From Centroscyllium fabricii (taxonomy: Eukaryota), in contig JBNRSN020000004.1 of assembly GCA_051313645.2 (NCBI GenBank), forward strand, positions 85,374,001 to 85,438,000: 64,000 bases of DNA, in the 5' to 3' direction. Below are positions 38,801 through 51,261 of the stretch, one piece after another. The position numbers were made by a program, and so were the translations under genes. A model generated the notes under the pieces. The model was not told the DNA's origin and did no database searches. It was given only the letters and a program-made list of their open reading frames with translations. Each line of letters begins with the position of its first letter. The stretch's first letter is position 1.

Positions 38801-40328
38801 TTCAAAAAATACCACCAAATAATGCACCCTTTACCAGCTCCAGCCCTATTCCACCAATAGCACGCTTTAAAAATAATCTATGCATAACGCCCGGCACAAT
38901 AAAAGGCCAGTGGTTTCGATACAAAAAAAAAGGTTACTGTACAATACAATATGAGGGTAAACTTTGTTAGAGTCTCGGATCACATCCGAGAATAAATCTT
39001 AGCCAAGAGATCAAATGAAAGCTTCCCTTCCTATAGATCTGTACGCTGGTGTTTAAAAAAAAAGTATCAGTTGAATATCATGCGAGTAGATTGCTGCTGT
39101 GCAATTATGCATAGAAACTTAATTTTGTCGTGGCTGGGGATTGGCAAGAGGCGACCCTATTTTTAATCCAATTTTTTCCCCATTTGAGCTATTTGTTGTA
39201 TTGTTTACACCATCATAATTCTTGCCAGCACAGGAAAAAAAAAACCTACGGGCACTAAAACGTGCCCGAGTTGCTGAAAGCGGTTCACTTCACAAACCCC
39301 ACCTCTCTCCGTGCTGTCGCACCGCCGACTCCCCGCTAAAATCTAACTTTCTGGCGTTCTTTTTCAATTTGGCCAACAAAAACAGATGCAAATGGGTTTC
39401 CATTGAAGGGGGTGCAGGGGGGGGGGGGGGGTCCCCCGGTCCCCCAAGGTTAGACGTAGCAGTTTTATACATCTGCGACTGAACGGACTGACAGACATTT
39501 TGTGATCACGTTTATTAAAAGTTTAAGAATTCACGTGAGGGACAGAAACAAGCCTGCGTTGCGCTCCAAACGCAATTTAAAAGTTGTCTTTGCATTGACC
39601 TGACTAGTTTCCTAATTTCTTAGCAAGTCGTGTGAGCAAATTCCACTGTTACCACGCACACATGAGACAATAACCGCCAAACGACGTCTAAGGTGTGAAT
39701 AATGGACAATTATATGTAATTATTCGGTAATATTTTTTTTTAACAGATTGTGTTCCAGTCTTTCTGCCCTCCACACACACCACCACCCCCACTGGCAGTT
39801 ACAGATGAACGTCAGGAGAATTAGAGATCTCCTCAAAATGTTGGGTTGTTTTATTTGAGGGGGTCGGGATACATTCGAATATGGCAGACGGTGAAGAACA
39901 GACTTACACTTGTCATGTCAAAATATATACAAAATCTCGCGTATCTAGGAAATTGCAAACAAACGTGAAATGATTTTAAACCAAAAAAAAATAGAAAGCA
40001 CCAAATATGATAGTTCAGACTGTAGGAAGCATCTCTTTATTATAGAAAAGTGTTATATATACAGTCAAACGCGAATAAAGTACATTTTAGTTACTGCAGC
40101 AATATACAAGTCTGATACAGCAAAACTCGCCCCGAAATTCTACAAGCATTTTATTCATTTCAAGTACAAAGCGGAATTTTATACATTCGCCAAAATGCAA
40201 CGTTTGAACCATTTCTGGATTGACTGTTGTTCACGTCTCTCTGGAAGCTGGGAGCCGCAGGTTTAGGCGGATTCCTTGTATGCCACCCACAGCCTCGAGT
40301 TCAATCGCGGTCCCCACAGCTCCATCAA

Positions 40329-40388
40329 TTACATCTGACTCGCCTTCTCCATGCTTTTAGCTGCGTCCTTCAACTTTCCCAAAAGATC
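40329..40388 (-). CDS. COMMD3: COMMD3 exon 8 (60 nt to TAA)
   Basis: DLLGKLKDAAKSMEKASQM*; candidate AATAAA downstream at plus 40150-40155 and 40036-40041. Confidence 0.95.
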   Translation of the reverse strand, partial: DLLGKLKDAAKSMEKASQM

Positions 40389-43300
40389 CTGCAAAGGGAA
40401 AACAGATTTTAAAAATATAATATACATTATATATTTAAACAAAGGGAGGCAGAAAGAAGTCTGCTTCACCGACAGGGTGGGATGAGGGAATTATTTTACT
40501 TTTATAGAAGCTCCTGTTAAATCGGTTTCCAGGATAAACTCCCGCACTAAGGCATTGCACATCGGAATGTAACTTCAATGCAAACAAAATATTTTTTTAA
40601 AGTTCAACATATTTAGTGACTTTGTAACCATACAAGGTTATTTTCCTGCACTTGGTCCGTAGCCTTGTATGCCATGACTTTGTTTCCCCCTGTTAAAGCA
40701 AAAGCAATTAGAAGCGTCGATTCTTAACCGTCGTGATACATGGGCTGGTTCTTTTTCGGTACATTAAAAAGTTAACTTTTTTTTAAAAAAAAAAGCACAC
40801 AACTGTGCCAAGCTTTAGCAATCCATAATTAGACTTTTTCCCCTTTTAATTCTAAGCTTCCGGCTACAAAAATTAAAAGCAAACAATTTTGCTAAACTTT
40901 TCACTGTGCAATGGGGTCATGCCGGCAACAAAATTTACATTGTAAGCTAGTAAACTTGGCGATGTTTTATAACACTTAGCATTAAAAAAAAAAATTTCGT
41001 AAAATACCTCTAGCAAAAATGCCGACTGCTGTGGCTTTTAACACAATGTGCAGGGTTTTGTAAATTCAAGAAAGGGCTGCTACTGAACAATACAAAATGT
41101 GACAAACGGCATTAGCAATAATATTGAAACTTGAAGTTATTTACATTAAAGTTTCCATAGAATCATACCGGTGTTTCACATTAGTTGCTAAAGACAGTCC
41201 ATATAAATACAAATCAAAGCCATCAGAGAACACCAGGCTAAACCACAAAATGATTCTCTTGCTCCCTACAATTGTAAATTAAAACAATTAAGTATATACA
41301 AATTTATTAGAACTGATATTTGCATGAGATGCAATTTAAACTTAGAGAACACTTTAAAGAGATGCAAAATGCAGCGAGGTAATTGCAATGAAGGGTTCAT
41401 CTATTCCAGGAAAAAATTGCATAGCAAATAATGAAGTTTGGATTTTTCTCTTTCAATAGATGGAGTAAAAGTGTCAATAAAAATCGTCACAAACAGCAAC
41501 GAATAACATGTCAGTGTACAAAAAGTGGTGGTTCTTAAAATCAATGTCATTGAAATTTTAAACTCTAGTATCTTTATGAACAAGAGACTCAAATGAAAGT
41601 TGATCTCTGGCCAATATGTGGCTTGCATTTTAGGTGATCCCACAATGTACTTTGTCTTCGAATAAGCCATTTGTTATTGAAGTTGCGTTCCAGAAACAGT
41701 GAGTCACTGACACTTCTGGCATCAGTCCAACTAACCACATGTAAAGTCTAACATCTTCTTACAATTCGGCCTAAAAAGCAACAAGCGTCAGTAAATGAAT
41801 TTCAGACTTGACATCTGGAGGAGAAAGCACCTATATTTTGTAAAGGAGGTAATGTTTTGCTAGAATACCTGTAATTGCTCCATTGTACAACTGAAAGTAA
41901 CATCCTGAGCTGGCCGGGATTCACCATTCTGGAAAAGGTTAAAACAATATTGAGCCGTGCTAAATAAGCAACTCAAATGCAAAACACAGTGTCCACTTGT
42001 TTTAACGCTTACCTCTACATTTAATGTTAATAAATATGCTGGCTGGTTGACTTTGTGAAGTTGGTTATTCTGGAATACATTAAAAAACAGTTTAGTGGGA
42101 GGTATACAATATGAAAATAACTGGAGGAAAGGTTGTGCCTGGCTATTCTGAAAGGCAAGCATGAAAATATGAAACTTTACACTTTTTACCCTAATGTGAT
42201 ATTCCAGGCGCCAAGAAGCATCAGTGATGTGAGAAGGAAATCTTCCTATGCTGCAAGACAGTCAACAGGAGTAAAGATTAACATTGTACAAAATAAAATA
42301 CCAAACACTATTCCTATTATTGCCTTTTCCCAATGCATCTGATCTCACCCTTCCAAAGTCAGCAGGAGTTTAATAACAACAGGGTTTCATCCAAATAGTA
42401 ATTTTGGCTCAAATTTTCCAAAAACTCAATTTAATCCAAGTCTGATGTTGCATTGTTGTGGAGATACTACTGTTCACTGTGAAAGAGAGAAAATCTTCCG
42501 CGTATAAGCACAAAAAGTGAGCGGGTAAAAATAAAAGTTTCGAGATCGATGGAAATAGGATGTCGAACAGATCATTAGAAGTCGAATTCACTGTATACAT
42601 ATCCTTTAGTTTATAAACACAAGTCACCTTTCCAATAAACTTGCCAAACCTTGCAGGCAATACACTAAGTGTATTGTATAAACATAGACAAAGATTAATT
42701 AGCAAGGATAGAAGTGCTGATGTTAAAATAATTCGACAGTTTATTTCGATTCCTGGCTCTTGCTTGCCTTAATTTGTCCAAGTGTTTAGCACGTGCTGCC
42801 GAGGTGCATGGGGAAACAAGACTTTATCCCTCTTCTCGATTATGGAGTGAGAAGGCATTTAAAATCCCTCCACAGACCCACATTCAGCTATAGATTGGAA
42901 TGTATGATCCAGAGGCAACAAGTACAGTTTTAAGCCAATAACATTTATCAAATTATTCAGTGTTGTGCATGCTATATATCAGTTGAACCAAGACTAGTCT
43001 AAACATAGTTTTAGAAGTATTTAAATTGGACTGTAAACTTTCACTAAGCTACCTGTAGTTGAACTTTGTGCATTTTCAAGGTAGACAATTGAATGATTTT
43101 ATGACAGACATAAGCATGATCCAAACTGATTGTATATGGGATTAAAACACAACATATTTCAGTTTATAAATATTGTACCCAAGATGCAACACACGCACAC
43201 CAGATCCTGAAGTTATATACTGTAGACTAGCTGCACAACACTTACCCTCCTAGTAAGGTTTCCACTCTATCTTTGTTCTTCTAAATAATCAAAAGGAAAC

Positions 43301-44751
43301 ACAGGAACTTAGCCACATTATCAAAGCTACAATGTTGGCTTCAGTTAATATATTTTCAGTAAACGTATAATATGTAGGTGCTTGCATCAGTATTTTACCT
43401 GTGTAAACGTGTTCTGACAAATCCATAAGGAACTACAAGATCACAATCCTATAATAACACCTCCTTAAACTAGTGATCTACATGGTCAGCTATACACTAG
43501 AAAGTCAGGGCATTGGTTGTAATAAAACAAAAAGTCAACCATTTGCCTGGTTGCGTTGCTTCGCATTCTTTTCGTGGCAAACTCTTCCTAAATTGCAGTA
43601 ATCCCAACAATTTTACAAATGCACAGTATGGTATGTAATAGTCACCAAACCTGGTATGCTGCACAAAATATGTCTATTCTTTCTCCTCCAAATCTACAGT
43701 CTTCAAGTAATGTGCTGAAATTAAAGAACATCAGTTACAAAATGCCTCTACACCTAAAAACAAATATTGAACTGAATACACAATATTCATAAATCTTGGA
43801 TATGTTGTAACCTTATAGTTGATTTATCAGCGTTTTGTTTTCCTGCCTCCAGTACACAGGTTGCGATGGCTACATGGCATTGTTTCAGCAAAGTCAAGTC
43901 CAAATTTCCCAGCTCTACATGATCTGCATAACAATAGTAAATTATAATGATTCTCAATACGATTTCCACATAAAACGTAAGGCTTGTCACCTATTAGAGT
44001 ATTGCGTCTGGTTCAGGACATACGTGACATTTAGTAATGGCGTCATTATTTTGCCTACCACTTTATAAACCAAACAATGACAGTTACCTCCCGGAAAAAT
44101 TAGGTAAAACATTTTACTCTGTTTATACCGAATTATTTTGACATGTTGTGCCTTCAATGATAACACCTACAGTACGTAGTCTTTTACGCCTACAGTACAT
44201 AGTCTTTTACAAGTGTTATCTTTTGCCTGCTTTTACTTACACTAAATATGTTGGGACCTTAAATATTTGTTAAGCAACCCAGATAAAGCAGATGTTCAGT
44301 CGGCAACCCTGGTGCATTAGGCCCCAGGATATTCGTCCACAACAATGAACAACAACATCCAGACTCAACATGCATTCCGCGTCAAGTCGGCAGCTCAAAA
44401 AAGGTATCACTCAACAGAAACGCATTTGGCAAATAACACACTGTTGCAAATGTTATTTATAACTGGATTCGGGAACATTGCGACACAGAGCCGTTTGCAA
44501 AGGAACGGCCCGACCGTGTCCTTCCTGCATTAAATCACTAAAAGAACCAGCAACAGTAGCAGCCGCTCTCGCCCTCCCACCCTCCGCAAACAGCTCGGAA
44601 CTACGCGCTCACCTAATGTTGCTCCGTCTGTTTGTGGGTTTATGAGGCTCTCGAAAGCCGCTTCCACTAAAATGTGGAATGTTTTGTTGGAGAAGTGGCT
44701 GGGATCGGCCAGCAATTGCAACCCTTTCAGTGCATACTCTGGCAGCTCCAT
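40329..44751 (-). CDS. COMMD3: COMM domain-containing protein 3, complete spliced CDS, 195 aa
   Basis: Exons 44613-44751, 43812-43923, 43651-43714, 43246-43280, 42190-42250, 42013-42069, 41869-41928, 40329-40388 sum to 588 nt, all GT-AG. Starts MELPEYALKGLQLLADP; COMM domain HITDASWRLEY..PAYLLTL..FSCTMEQLQDLLGKLKDA. Sits directly upstream of BMI1, as in other vertebrates. Confidence 0.97.
41869..41928 (-). CDS. COMMD3: COMMD3 exon 7 (60 nt)
   Basis: NGESRPAQDVTFSCTMEQLQ; donor GTATTC. Confidence 0.95.
42013..42069 (-). CDS. COMMD3: COMMD3 exon 6 (57 nt)
   Basis: NNQLHKVNQPAYLLTLNVE; donor GTAAGC. Confidence 0.95.
42190..42250 (-). CDS. COMMD3: COMMD3 exon 5 (61 nt)
   Basis: IGRFPSHITDASWRLEYHIR. 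Confidence 0.95.
43246..43280 (-). CDS. COMMD3: COMMD3 exon 4 (35 nt)
   Basis: KNKDRVETLLGG; TAG acceptor, GTAAGT donor. Confidence 0.9.
43651..43714 (-). CDS. COMMD3: COMMD3 exon 3 (64 nt)
   Basis: STLLEDCRFGGERIDIFCAAYQ. Confidence 0.94.
43812..43923 (-). CDS. COMMD3: COMMD3 exon 2 (112 nt)
   Basis: DHVELGNLDLTLLKQCHVAIATCVLEAGKQNADKSTI. Confidence 0.95.
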
Positions 44752-44900
44752 TGTGCTGGACTGACCTTCGACACGGAGCCACGTGATCGAGCTCAGCTGA
44801 TGCACGCGGATGTGACAGTGTTAGCAATGAACCGAGGCTGCAGAATATCAGCACGCTCTCCTCCAGCAAGTAAAAAAACCTGCTCACCACCAAATTGCTT
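44480..44900. promoter_or_regulatory. COMMD3 promoter, small CpG-rich region with E-box
   Basis: CpG enrichment around exon 1; CACGTG at 44780-44785, about 30 nt upstream of the ATG. Confidence 0.6.
44613..44751 (-). CDS. COMMD3: COMMD3 exon 1 (139 nt coding)
   Basis: MELPEYALKGLQLLADPSHFSNKTFHILVEAAFESLINPQTDGATL; donor GTGAGC. Confidence 0.95.
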
Positions 44901-45849
44901 TCACTCGGTAGCCATTCATACAGAAATATAAACAGTTTGCAAAATGCAGAGGCGTAATGGTTTATTTAATACTGGGAAAATAATTGCAAACTATTTCCGC
45001 AAAGCGTTTCACAAATTAAGACCAGTCCAGCTTTTTAGTGTCATCGCACAGAACATTTAAAGCAGAGTTTTAAAATGCAAAGAGACAACACATGGAAGAG
45101 ATTAAATGCCGATTTTATTGTTCATTGAAACAATAAAACATTTATAAGCAGATTTACCTCCATGAGTATATCATTTACTACTACGTGGAGTGGATCAATC
45201 TGGGGCTGATCAGTGTAATTTCTATATATAAATTGTATGTAATAATAAATGTAATCGTGTATTTTACTGCAGCAGCTGTAGAGAGCACGATGCAGTAAGT
45301 GAATGTGTCCAGTTAGGTAGTTATCGTACTGAAATGAACCATCTACGCTCGCTTAACGGGATCTTTATATTTTCTTTTCCCTTACCAGTACGAACCATTT
45401 ATCAGCTATTGGCTTTGGTGCAATTAATTAAGTACTTCTAGCAATACATCAAATATCAGCCAATTATCCAGTATAAGTACCAGCACTAAATTGAGAGTAC
45501 TGAGTTAGGTGTAATAGGCCAATCATTTAATTATGCTGTACGTTTGTGTTTGTTCAATGTGGTTTTCCCCGACAGTACACCATCAGAAAACAATATTATA
45601 ATTCTGTGGAACTCGTATTGAGCCAACATTTATTCAGTGGTGTTCATCAGCTGCCTTATAACCACAACCAGAGCAACAACACCTATTCAATAGTTGGAGA
45701 CTACTGAGCTGGATATTGCCTTAATGGTATAGTTAGGTGAACATATATATGACTTGCAATGCAGAAAAGAAACAGAAGACTGATCTCTGCAATTGGAGGA
45801 CTAACTAGGCAAGCTTGGACTATTTAACCTTGAAAAGATGCGGCTGATA

Positions 45850-46445
45850 TAATGAACAGTGAGTCATGAGTTTGGGCAAAAGGATGGCGATGAGAGCTTT
45901 TTAAAGGTGGAGAGAGAAATGGAAGGTAAAGCCAAAGCTTTGCTACCAATGACCAGTCAAGGGAGATGGAGATCCAGAGAAGGCCAAAGCTGGAGGACCC
46001 GAGGGTGCAGGAGGGGTTTATAAGGCTGGACGACTTTGCAGAGGAAGGTTGAATTGAGACTGTGGAGGGATTTGAAGGTGAGATTTTTAAATTGAATGCT
46101 TTGGGGGACATGGTAGGTCAGTGAGGAGGAGCAAGCAGAACTTAGTGTGGATATGAGTTTTGAACAAGTTGGAGTTTATGAAAGGTAGAGGGTGGGAGGC
46201 TTCTGAGATTAACATTGCAGAAAATGAGTCCAAAGGTAACAAAAGCATGGATAAGGGTTTCAGCAGTTGCTGGATAAGATCAGGCTAAATATAGGCAATT
46301 TAGTGGAAGTGCGAGTAAGTGGTCTTACTGATGGATAGGATGTGGCATTTGAAGCTCAGCCATGGGCCAAATAAGAGGCCAGCATTGTGGAGTGAAGTTT
46401 CAGATAAAGTTCAGTTAGAGGAAATTCATATTCATCCATGACTTG
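45850..46445 (-). mobile_element. Degenerate L2-like LINE fragment
   Basis: Purine-rich plus strand with patterns typical of reversed L2 3' coding regions (ggatttgaaggtgagatttttaaattgaatgc, aagcatggataagggtttcagcag); no intact ORF. Confidence 0.5.
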
Positions 46446-46454
46446 ATATCTGAC

Positions 46455-46650
46455 ACAACACCACGTTATAGTCCAACAGTCTATGTTTTATTTGAAATCA
46501 CAAGCTTTCGGAGCATAGCTCCTTCATCAGGTGAAGGAGCTACGCTCCGAAAGCTTGTGATTTCAAATAAAACTGTTGGACTATAACCTGGTGTTGTGTG
46601 ACTTCTTACAATTGTCCACCCCAGTCCAACACCGACGCTTCCACATCATT
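46455..46650. mobile_element. Penelope terminal-repeat fold-back element with 13-bp TSD
   Basis: Arms of about 75 bp inverted around 46530; TTGATATCTGACA repeated at 46443-46455 and 46649-46661. Confidence 0.85.
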
Positions 46651-48209
46651 GATATCTGACATCAGAGGTAGTTGTGAAACCAGGATTCTCACTTCTAATT
46701 TCTGTCCAATGACCACTGCTGTAAAGTATGCTTGATGGCATTGGATAAGGACAGTTGTGATGTTCTTAAGGTTGAGTTATCTACCAACATTCAATGTCTA
46801 AGCTCAATGTGGGTGTGTGTGGTACCATCTGTGAAATGGTATCCCTACATGAGGGATTATCTTTGTGGCCAAATAATTTTAATCATACCTCCCCTCAAAT
46901 ATATTTTAGCCAAAATGCACTGAAGCAGTAACTGATAAAATAAAACCAATCCCCAAGTCAGTCTTAATTATATTTTACATCAATTTAAAATCATAATCTT
47001 TTGTGTTAATCCAAAATTGAGCTCACACGGCAGATGTACTTATCACTTTTCTCAACTTTCTTTGTATTTGGTGGCAGATTAGATACATGGTAAAGCAATC
47101 TTTTCTCTACAATAGGGCTCTGCCTTAACCCCAACTGCAGGTGAGTACTTCTATTGTGCTGGTAGGGGTGCTAGTGTGCTCCTAGTGTGATATTTTCATT
47201 TCCCACACTTACTATCCATCTTCGTGACATTGTTTCACCAGTACTGAATAATGGACATGACTGCCTTTGTATTGCAGAATTGTGTACAGTAGGAGCTGAG
47301 TTTTCTGTAGGATGCTTTCAGCTATAACAGAGAAGAAACTTTCATCCCATTGATCTAGGCTGAGTTTAAACCCAGCCCAGAAGTGAAAGAAAAAGCTCTA
47401 TCTAACCTATTGTGCCATCTAGACTCCATGAATTTTGCGATTGCAATTGGTTCAAAACTGGTTGTTAATTAATCATGATAATATTCAAAAATGAAAGCCT
47501 TAAAGTTGGGAGACCAAGTCTAAGTATGATGTTTGAACCTGGTTCATCACATTTGCATATGTTTGTTGGACTGCTGATTTTGTTAGTGTGTTAGGTCAGT
47601 TTGTGTTTTGTTTTCTTTTTTACTCTTTGTATTTTTCATCTTCTGCTGTTTGCCTGCTGTTCTTTTGTAAGCATATGGTCCTTTTTATCTGGTTCAAATC
47701 TGGCTCAGACTGATGGGATGAAAATCTTTCTTTGTTAGCTGTAAGGATCCTAAGCAAACAAGCCATGGAGCTACAGCCGAATCTGTCCACAATTTAACTC
47801 AAATTGACAATAAAACTCTGACAGTCCATAAGGAGAGCAGGTGTTGAAAATGGGGGGGGACGGAAATTACGCTGCAGTAGAGGTTGTTCCTTGAGGTTTA
47901 AGTTAGCACTTTGTTGAAACAAAGTAGAGGAGCTTCACTATATGGTGTAATGTTGGTTGCATTAAAATATCCGTGAGTGGATAACTACATTTACACTATA
48001 TACTCATATTGATGCTATAGAAGAATCCAGAGCTCCATGCATGTGGACTCAAATACATGCATGGAGTTCCACTCATCAGAAACCTCTGACTGCTGGTGAC
48101 TTTTTCAATCATACAGAAGAACTGATGAGATAGTCGGCTCTTTGCTATTATTAGAAATCTAAGGGTTAAAATTTAAAAAGTTAACTTTGAATGAACTTTA
48201 ATTATGCTT

Positions 48210-49212
48210 CAGCGGATGCTGAGTCTTAGGCAGTCCCTCGGAACCGTGGATGATTTGCTTCCACATTAAAAATGAGTTTGCAGGTGACTGCTGAGTCCAA
48301 TGCAGGGCCTACAGTCTCTGTCACAGGTGGGGCAGACGTTGATTGAAGGGGTGGGGTGCTTGGGTTGACGTGCACTGCCTGTGCTTGGCTTCCGCTTGCT
48401 CCTGGCAAAGAGACTCGGTGTTTGCCGCCTTCCTGGATCCATCGCCTCCACTTTGTGTGGCCTTGGGCCACGGATTCCCAGGTGTCAGTGGGGATGTTAC
48501 ACTTTTTCAAGGAGGCTTTGAGGGTGTCCTTGAAGCGTTTCCTCTGCCCACCTGGGGCTCTCTTGCCGTGCCGGAGCTCTGAATAGAATGCTTGTTTTGG
48601 GAGTCTCTTATTGGGCATGTGGACAATGTGACCCGTCCATCAGAGCTGATCGAGCATGGTCAAAGCTTCGATGCTGGGGATGTTGGCCTGAGCAAGAACA
48701 CTGATGTTGGTGCACCTATCCTGCAAATCCATTGGCAGATCTTGTGGATGCAGCATTGGTGGTACCTCCCCAGTGCTTTGAGGTGCCTGCTGTACATGGT
48801 CCATGTCTCTGAGGCATACAGCAGGGCGGGTATCATTGCTGCTCTGTAGACCATGAGCTTAATGCTGGGTTTGAGGTCCTGGTCTTCAAACACTCTCTTA
48901 CTCAGGTGACCGAAGGCTGCATTGGCACATTGAATGCAGCGTTGGACTTCGTCATCGACGTCTGCCCTTGTTGACAGTAGGCTCCCGAGGTATGGAAAGT
49001 GGTCCACGTTGTCCAAGGCCTTGTCGTGGATTTTGATAATTGGGGGGCAGTACTGTGTGGCGGGGGCAGGTTGGTAGTTGGTAGAGGACCTTTGTCATAC
49101 GGATGTTTAGTGTAAGGCCTATGCTCTCATATGCTTCAGTGAAGGTGCTGACGATGGTTTGGAGTTCGAACTCCGAGTGTGCGCAGACGCAAGCGTCATC
49201 TACATACTTTAA
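48210..49212 (-). mobile_element. RTE-clade LINE fragment (RT YxDD motif to 3' end), frameshifted
   Basis: KYVDDACVCAHS, VDHFPYLGSLLS, ALLYASETWT, RLPKQAFYSELRHGKRAPGGQRKRFKDTLK, C-terminal CPTCDRDC..H zinc knuckle. Confidence 0.92.
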
Positions 49213-51261
49213 TTTGAGTGCTGCCCATTGCAAGACCACTTTTTCAGTGCAAAGGATTGTGCTATGGATGCCAAAAATGCAGTATAATTAAGGCTTTATT
49301 CTGTATTATGCCTGTATTTTGCTTGACCTGGGAGTACTGCACTTGTGCCAAAATAAAAATGAATTCCATTCTCTAGCATTGACTCCCCAACCCCTGATAA
49401 ACACAAGAATTCACTAAGAAGTGAGTTATTAAACTAGATTACACAATGCAGAATTAAATATGAATCAGTAAGGCTGAAGTAAATTTGGAACTAAGATGCA
49501 AACAGATAATTAGAAAGACTACTATGCAAACTATTGTAAAAGTAATTTACAAGAGATATAAATTCTCTATACGACATATAAAATGTAAGGAGCAAAGCCT
49601 AATGTATTTCAGCAGTGCCTTTACTGATATATGTAACAACTGTTTTGTACTGTATGGTAATCCTATAGGGAAGAACTCCATGGGATTTAATTTTATCTGG
49701 TATTTGGATGCTGGGGATCCCAAGCAGAGGCCAAGTGCCTCCCCAGAGCGAGTGAAGAAAAAAGTCAGGCAGCACTCAAAAAAAATTAGAAGTTGTCAAA
49801 TGACCTGTCCCACACTTCCCAATGCCTACTTTTATTCATGTATATTATATTAATTTATAGTATATTATCCAGATACCAGATAAAGTTAAAACACTTTGGT
49901 GCACATGGCAAACTTGCCAAGCTTAACTGAAAATGGTGCATGACATGAGATAAATAAAAAGAGGGGCTGCCTAGAAAGCCTTGCGTTAAAGGCACCTGGT
50001 GCACCATTTCATTGAGTAAAGTTCCACAGTTCCATTCTCCACTGGAGCAGCACAATAGGTGCTATAATTTGCTTCAATACCCCTGAGCTGGGGGAGGGAG
50101 AAAATTATCCAGGGCCCTGATTTTGATTGCGATCCAGTGACTCCTGTTGGAAAGTGCAAATTTGGAAATGTTGAGTGAGAACAGAGCTAGAATCAAGCTG
50201 TACTGTGATGCCCATTTAATGGCTGGCAACACCATTCACTGTCTACTCTCACTGATGAAGAATGAATGGCTATTGGCGGTTTGTAGGATTTTGTGATAAT
50301 GTACCCCAGTATGAATCGCTTCTGGAAAAGAGGGGGAACCAACAATGTGTGTTTACTTAGCGCATTTATCTTGCGACAATGTCCCAAGGTGCTTCACAGG
50401 AGCATAATCAGACAAAAATTGACTGCGAGTCAAAGAAATGGGATATTAAAAGGGGTGATTAAAATCTTGGATACAGAGGGAAGTTTTAAGAAAAAGGTGG
50501 AGAAGTTTAGCTTGGGAATTTTGCAACTTAGGGCCTAGACTGAAGGATGCATGATCTTGTGGGACGAAAGGAATGGGGTAATGTGTAATTGGCCAGAGTT
50601 AGAGGAACACCGAGTTCTTGGAGGATTGTAGGGCTGGAGAAGGGTCAAAACAAGGGAAACATGGAAAAATACTTTGCACAGTGCACCTAATGTTATGTTG
50701 CAGTTCTTACTTTGCTGCCCATTTACTGCTTGTGCATTTTTTTAATGCATTTTTAAACTTTAGTGTTCGCAAAGAGCCAACTGTCCCATCAGCTTCTCAG
50801 TGACGTTTAAAAAAAACAAACTGGTGAGAACTCCTCTGATGGCTCAGCAAATTCATGCCACAAGCAGTTAAGCCATAACTGCCCTAAAAGGTTCCAAGTT
50901 TTGATTGCTAGTTTGTGCTGAGGTAGTTGATCGCAGATAGATTAGGAGTAGGAATGCTACCAAGGGGAAGGAGAGGAGTGGGCTCCTATGTAATGGTCCC
51001 TGCAGCTGAATTGCCAATCAACACACAGTGATTGCCACTTGGCCAAGGTATGAGGAGGTTACTGGTGCTTGCAGAACTGTATCCTAACAATTAATATTTT
51101 TAAGGGAGGGAAAAAATGGCACAAGGAAAAAGAAATTGGTGAGAATAACTAAGAATGATCTGATGCATGCAGTATCATCAAGCACTGCCAGTTTCATAAG
51201 AAATAGGAGCAGCAGTAAGCAATTCAGCCCTTTAAACCTGCTCTGCCATTCAATAATATCA

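Noticed and set aside
39408-39445. G-rich tracts with G-quadruplex potential (also about 19185-19208 and 17428-17456)
   Set aside because: Mostly homopolymer runs that are common and error-prone in assemblies; nothing here supports a function.
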